The notes beneath the pieces were generated by a model that was given only the letters and a program-made list of their open reading frames with translations, made no database searches and was not told the origin of the DNA. From contig CM119270.1 of the NCBI GenBank assembly GCA_051294375.1, forward strand, positions 7,932,812-7,996,811: 64,000 bases of DNA. Reading direction: 5' to 3'. The DNA is from Paraspadella gotoi. Its lineage: Eukaryota > Animalia > Chaetognatha. Positions 61,001-64,000 of the stretch are shown one piece after another; within the stretch, counting starts at the first letter, position 1; each line of letters starts with the position of its first letter. A program made the translations under genes and the position numbers.

Positions 61001-61629
61001 GTTTATTTTCCTTGGAAGCCATCTTATTTTTAAGTTTTTAATTTTTACCGAAAATGGTTTCTCGTTGTTTTCTTAAAGAGGTAGATGTTACTATCGCCCA
61101 AATCGGACAGTTACTGTTCGAATTAGTTATTGAAGTAAAAGAAAATAAAAGATAAAATATTTAGATAGAATAATAAAACACTAAATGTACCCATAAAATC
61201 CTGCGATGCGAAATAACAACGGCTATTTGTAAGACGTATTTTCCGTAAAGCAATATCGACTTACAAATATACAAGTTAGAATATCACTCATGAATACAGT
61301 AACTTAGACTCCCTCGGTCCATTATCTCATTTAACCGCGCTCTTTGGAATTGGAAGCAAAAAAATATTTTAACCAAGTTAAAAAAAAAGTTCTGCTTTAT
61401 GTTAAAAGAAAATTCCTTGCACCGAAAACATTCTTCTTCTATTTCTTGCGCCCGGCGCAAAAAAATGAGGAATCATCTCTCTCCCTCTCTGTCTCTCTGC
61501 TCTGCTCTCTCTCTCTCTCCTCAGTCTCTCTACTCTATTTTCCCTCTCTCTCATCTCTCGTCTCTTCATCGTCTCTCTCTCTCTCTCTCTCTCTCGTCTC
61601 TCTCTCGTCTCTCTCTCTCTCTATCTGTG

Positions 61630-61861
61630 TGCGTGTCAGTGAAATCAATCTAATTAACTCGCTGAAAGTAGTTTAGGTATAATTGGTATAGAACTTGGAA
61701 AAAAATGAATGTTTAACTTTTGCAACATTAATTATAAAGTAGGTTTATATTAACTCTAACAAAATATTTTGTCTATATTCACGGTTTTCCCCGTCTTCGC
61801 CTGCCACAGTAGTTATCAGAGGAAAGTCTGAAAAGATGACGGGAGTCAGAGAAGAGAGAGG

Positions 61862-61896
<35 letters not shown>

Positions 61897-62058
61897 TAGA
61901 GAGAGGAAGAGAGGAGGAGAGAGAGAGAGAGGAGAGAGAGAAAGAGGGGGGAAACAGAGAGAGATAGTGAAGGAAAGAGAGAGGACAAGTGAGGAAGAGG
62001 GGAGCGAGAGGAGGAAGCGGGAAGAAAAATAAGAGAGATAAAGAGAGAGAGAAGAGAT

Positions 62059-62107
<49 letters not shown>

Positions 62108-62652
62108 GAAGAGAGAGGAGAGTAGAGAGGCTTCCTTCTCATTGTTTATGGGGTGATGGGGTGGCTTGGCCTGCTGTGGCGTGGTTTATNNNNNNNNNNN
62201 NNNNNNNNNNNNNNGTCGCGTGTCAGTGAATCATCTAATTACTCGCTGAAAGTAGTTTAGGATAATTGGTATAGGAACTGGAAAAAAATGAATGTTTAAG
62301 CTTTTTGCAACATTATCATTACTAAAGTAGGTTTTATTAACTCTAACAAAATTATTTTGCTATATTCACGGTTTTCCCGCTCTTCGCCTGCCACAGTAGT
62401 TATCAGAGAAAGTCTGAAAAGAATGACGGGAAGTCAGAAGGAAGGGAGAGAGAGAGAGAGAGGAGAGAGGAGAGAGAGAGAGAGTAGAGAGGAGAGAGAG
62501 AGAGGAGAGAGAGAGAGAGGAGAGAGAGAAAGAAGAGGGGGAAACAGAGAGGGATAGTGAAGGAAAGAGAGAGACAAGTGAGAGAGGGGGAGCGGAGAGG
62601 AGGGGAGAGAGAAGAAAAGATGAGAGAAAGATTAGAAAGAGAGAGAGATAGA

Positions 62653-62689
<37 letters not shown>

Positions 62690-62700
62690 CTCATTGTTAT
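61630..62700. repeat. Gap-flanking tandem duplication (61630-62145 vs 62215-62700) with degenerate GA tracts
   Basis: 'gcgtgtcagtgaa(a)tca...ctcgctgaaagtagtttagg...' appears on both sides of the N run at 62190-62214. Confidence 0.85.
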
Positions 62701-63087
62701 GCTGCCTGCTGTCTGGTTTATCAGTGGCTGGTTTTTGTCTTTAGGCCGCATCTTTTTAAACGATTTTCAGGATCTTTTTAGATTCTGAGCATTCTTAGAT
62801 TTCCAAACCACGCTTCAAACATTTTTGTGGCAGTTTCCATTAATCCATTAAAATTATTTAATTAAAAAAGCACGTTTTACCCATAACTATAGGTTATTAC
62901 AATTCTAAAAAAATAATAACTAATTCTGTTTCCCAGGTTTGGAAAAACCTTTAAGGAGATTCAGAACTAGTTTAGTCGTTTAATTTGAATAAACATTAGC
63001 GGGTTTTTTCTTCATAGAACCTAAGATGATGAAAGGGATGTCAATATAGGCATGTTAATTAGATGTATTCCTGATAAATCGATTAAA

Positions 63088-63090
<3 letters not shown>

Positions 63091-63156
<66 letters not shown>
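63091..63156 (-). repeat. (GA)n microsatellite at the start of the BMP2/4 3' UTR
   Basis: Begins about 11 nt after the TAG stop. Confidence 0.9.
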
Positions 63157-63157
<1 letters not shown>

Positions 63158-63167
63158 ACAAAAGGTA

Positions 63168-64000
63168 CTATCTGCAGCCGCAGCCTTCCACGACCATGTC
63201 CTGGTAATTCTTGAGCACAACCTTGTCGTAGTTGTCGACGTAGAGCATGCTGATTGGGGTGAGTTGCGTCGGCACGCAGCAGGCCCTGGGCACGGAGGTG
63301 GGGTAGACGGAGTTGACGAGCGTCTGCACGATGGCGTGGTTTGTGGAGTTGAGGTGGTCGGCGAGGGGGAAGGGGCAGTCGCCGTGACAGTAGTAGGCGT
63401 CGTAACCCGGCGGCGCCACGATCCAATCGTTCCACCCGACGTCGGAAAAGTCCACGTAGAGCGGATGGCGCCGGCAGTTGCGTCTGTGGTTGTGTCCCCC
63501 GCCGTGGTTGTTGTGGTGATTCTTTCGATGTTTGGATCGATGACGCGTCGTCCGCCGTCGTTTCCGTCCGCGAGAATCCTCTTCCTCGTCCTCGGCGTCA
63601 AACGACGAACCTCGGCGTCGATCGCGCCGGTTTCGTCGACTTCCGGCGCGCCGTTCGGCGGCGTCGAGATTGTCTTCTACGCCGAAGGCTTCGTCATCGT
63701 CGGCGAAATCATCGCCGCCGGCGTCGTCGCCGTAAGTCACCAGCAGAGGCGCTTTGGCGTTCCATTCCGCCGGCGTTTCGGGTCGCGTCGAGGACTCTTC
63801 CACGCCTCCCCCTCTTCCTCCTCCTCCCTCTCTCCCCAACGACCTGCGTAGCCGCACGTGCCTCGTCACGGCGTCTTCCCCGGTGGGCGCGGCTCCGCCG
63901 GCGCGCATCACCTGCACGGAGACGCCCCGATTGTTCCGCGGGTCTCGCAGCCATCTCCGCACGGCCGGCGTAAGGTCGAACGTCTCCCAACTTGAAGGCG
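63168..64000 (-). CDS. BMP2/4: BMP2/4 (decapentaplegic-like) TGF-beta ligand, last coding exon (5'-truncated by the window edge)
   Basis: Prodomain [16 protein letters not shown]...HVRLRRS...PLLVTYGDD. Seven-Cys mature domain [56 protein letters not shown]...CCVPTQL..ISMLY...[17 protein letters not shown], diagnostic of BMP2/4/Dpp. Confidence 0.97.
   Translation of the reverse strand, partial: PSSWETFDLTPAVRRWLRDPRNNRGVSVQVMRAGGAAPTGEDAVTRHVRLRRSLGREGGGGRGGGVEESSTRPETPAEWNAKAPLLVTYGDDAGGDDFADDDEAFGVEDNLDAAERRAGSRRNRRDRRRGSSFDAEDEEEDSRGRKRRRTTRHRSKHRKNHHNNHGGGHNHRRNCRRHPLYVDFSDVGWNDWIVAPPGYDAYYCHGDCPFPLADHLNSTNHAIVQTLVNSVYPTSVPRACCVPTQLTPISMLYVDNYDKVVLKNYQDMVVEGCGCR

Overview
Eukaryotic (animal, probably invertebrate) genomic DNA with AT-rich, microsatellite-laden introns, GC-rich exons and several N gaps. 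Most ORF-track entries are microsatellite artefacts, so genes were rebuilt by hand from splice sites and phases. Genes found: (1) a DDI1-like UBL + retroviral-type aspartyl protease gene (- strand, two indel-rich tandem copies, ~7.4-11.8 kb and ~14.8-18.4 kb) that appears to lack most of the helical HDD domain; (2) an 18-exon, 5'-incomplete FRMPD4/Preso-like FERM gene (+, 20854-36599) hosting an intact tRNA-Leu(UAG), tRNA-Leu pseudogenes and a minisatellite that repeats its own splice donor; (3) a 3-exon divergent XK-related membrane protein gene (-, 37939-40734) with a GC-AG intron; (4) a 5-exon secreted double-Kazal protein gene (+, 44235-48472) with a U5 snRNA gene antisense in intron 3, plus a noisy second copy; (5) the last coding exon of a BMP2/4 (dpp) gene (-, 63168 to window end). 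About a third of the window is near-duplicate, indel-rich sequence next to gaps, which looks like long-read gap-filling artefact rather than true duplication. Family assignments are from recalled motifs, not database searches.
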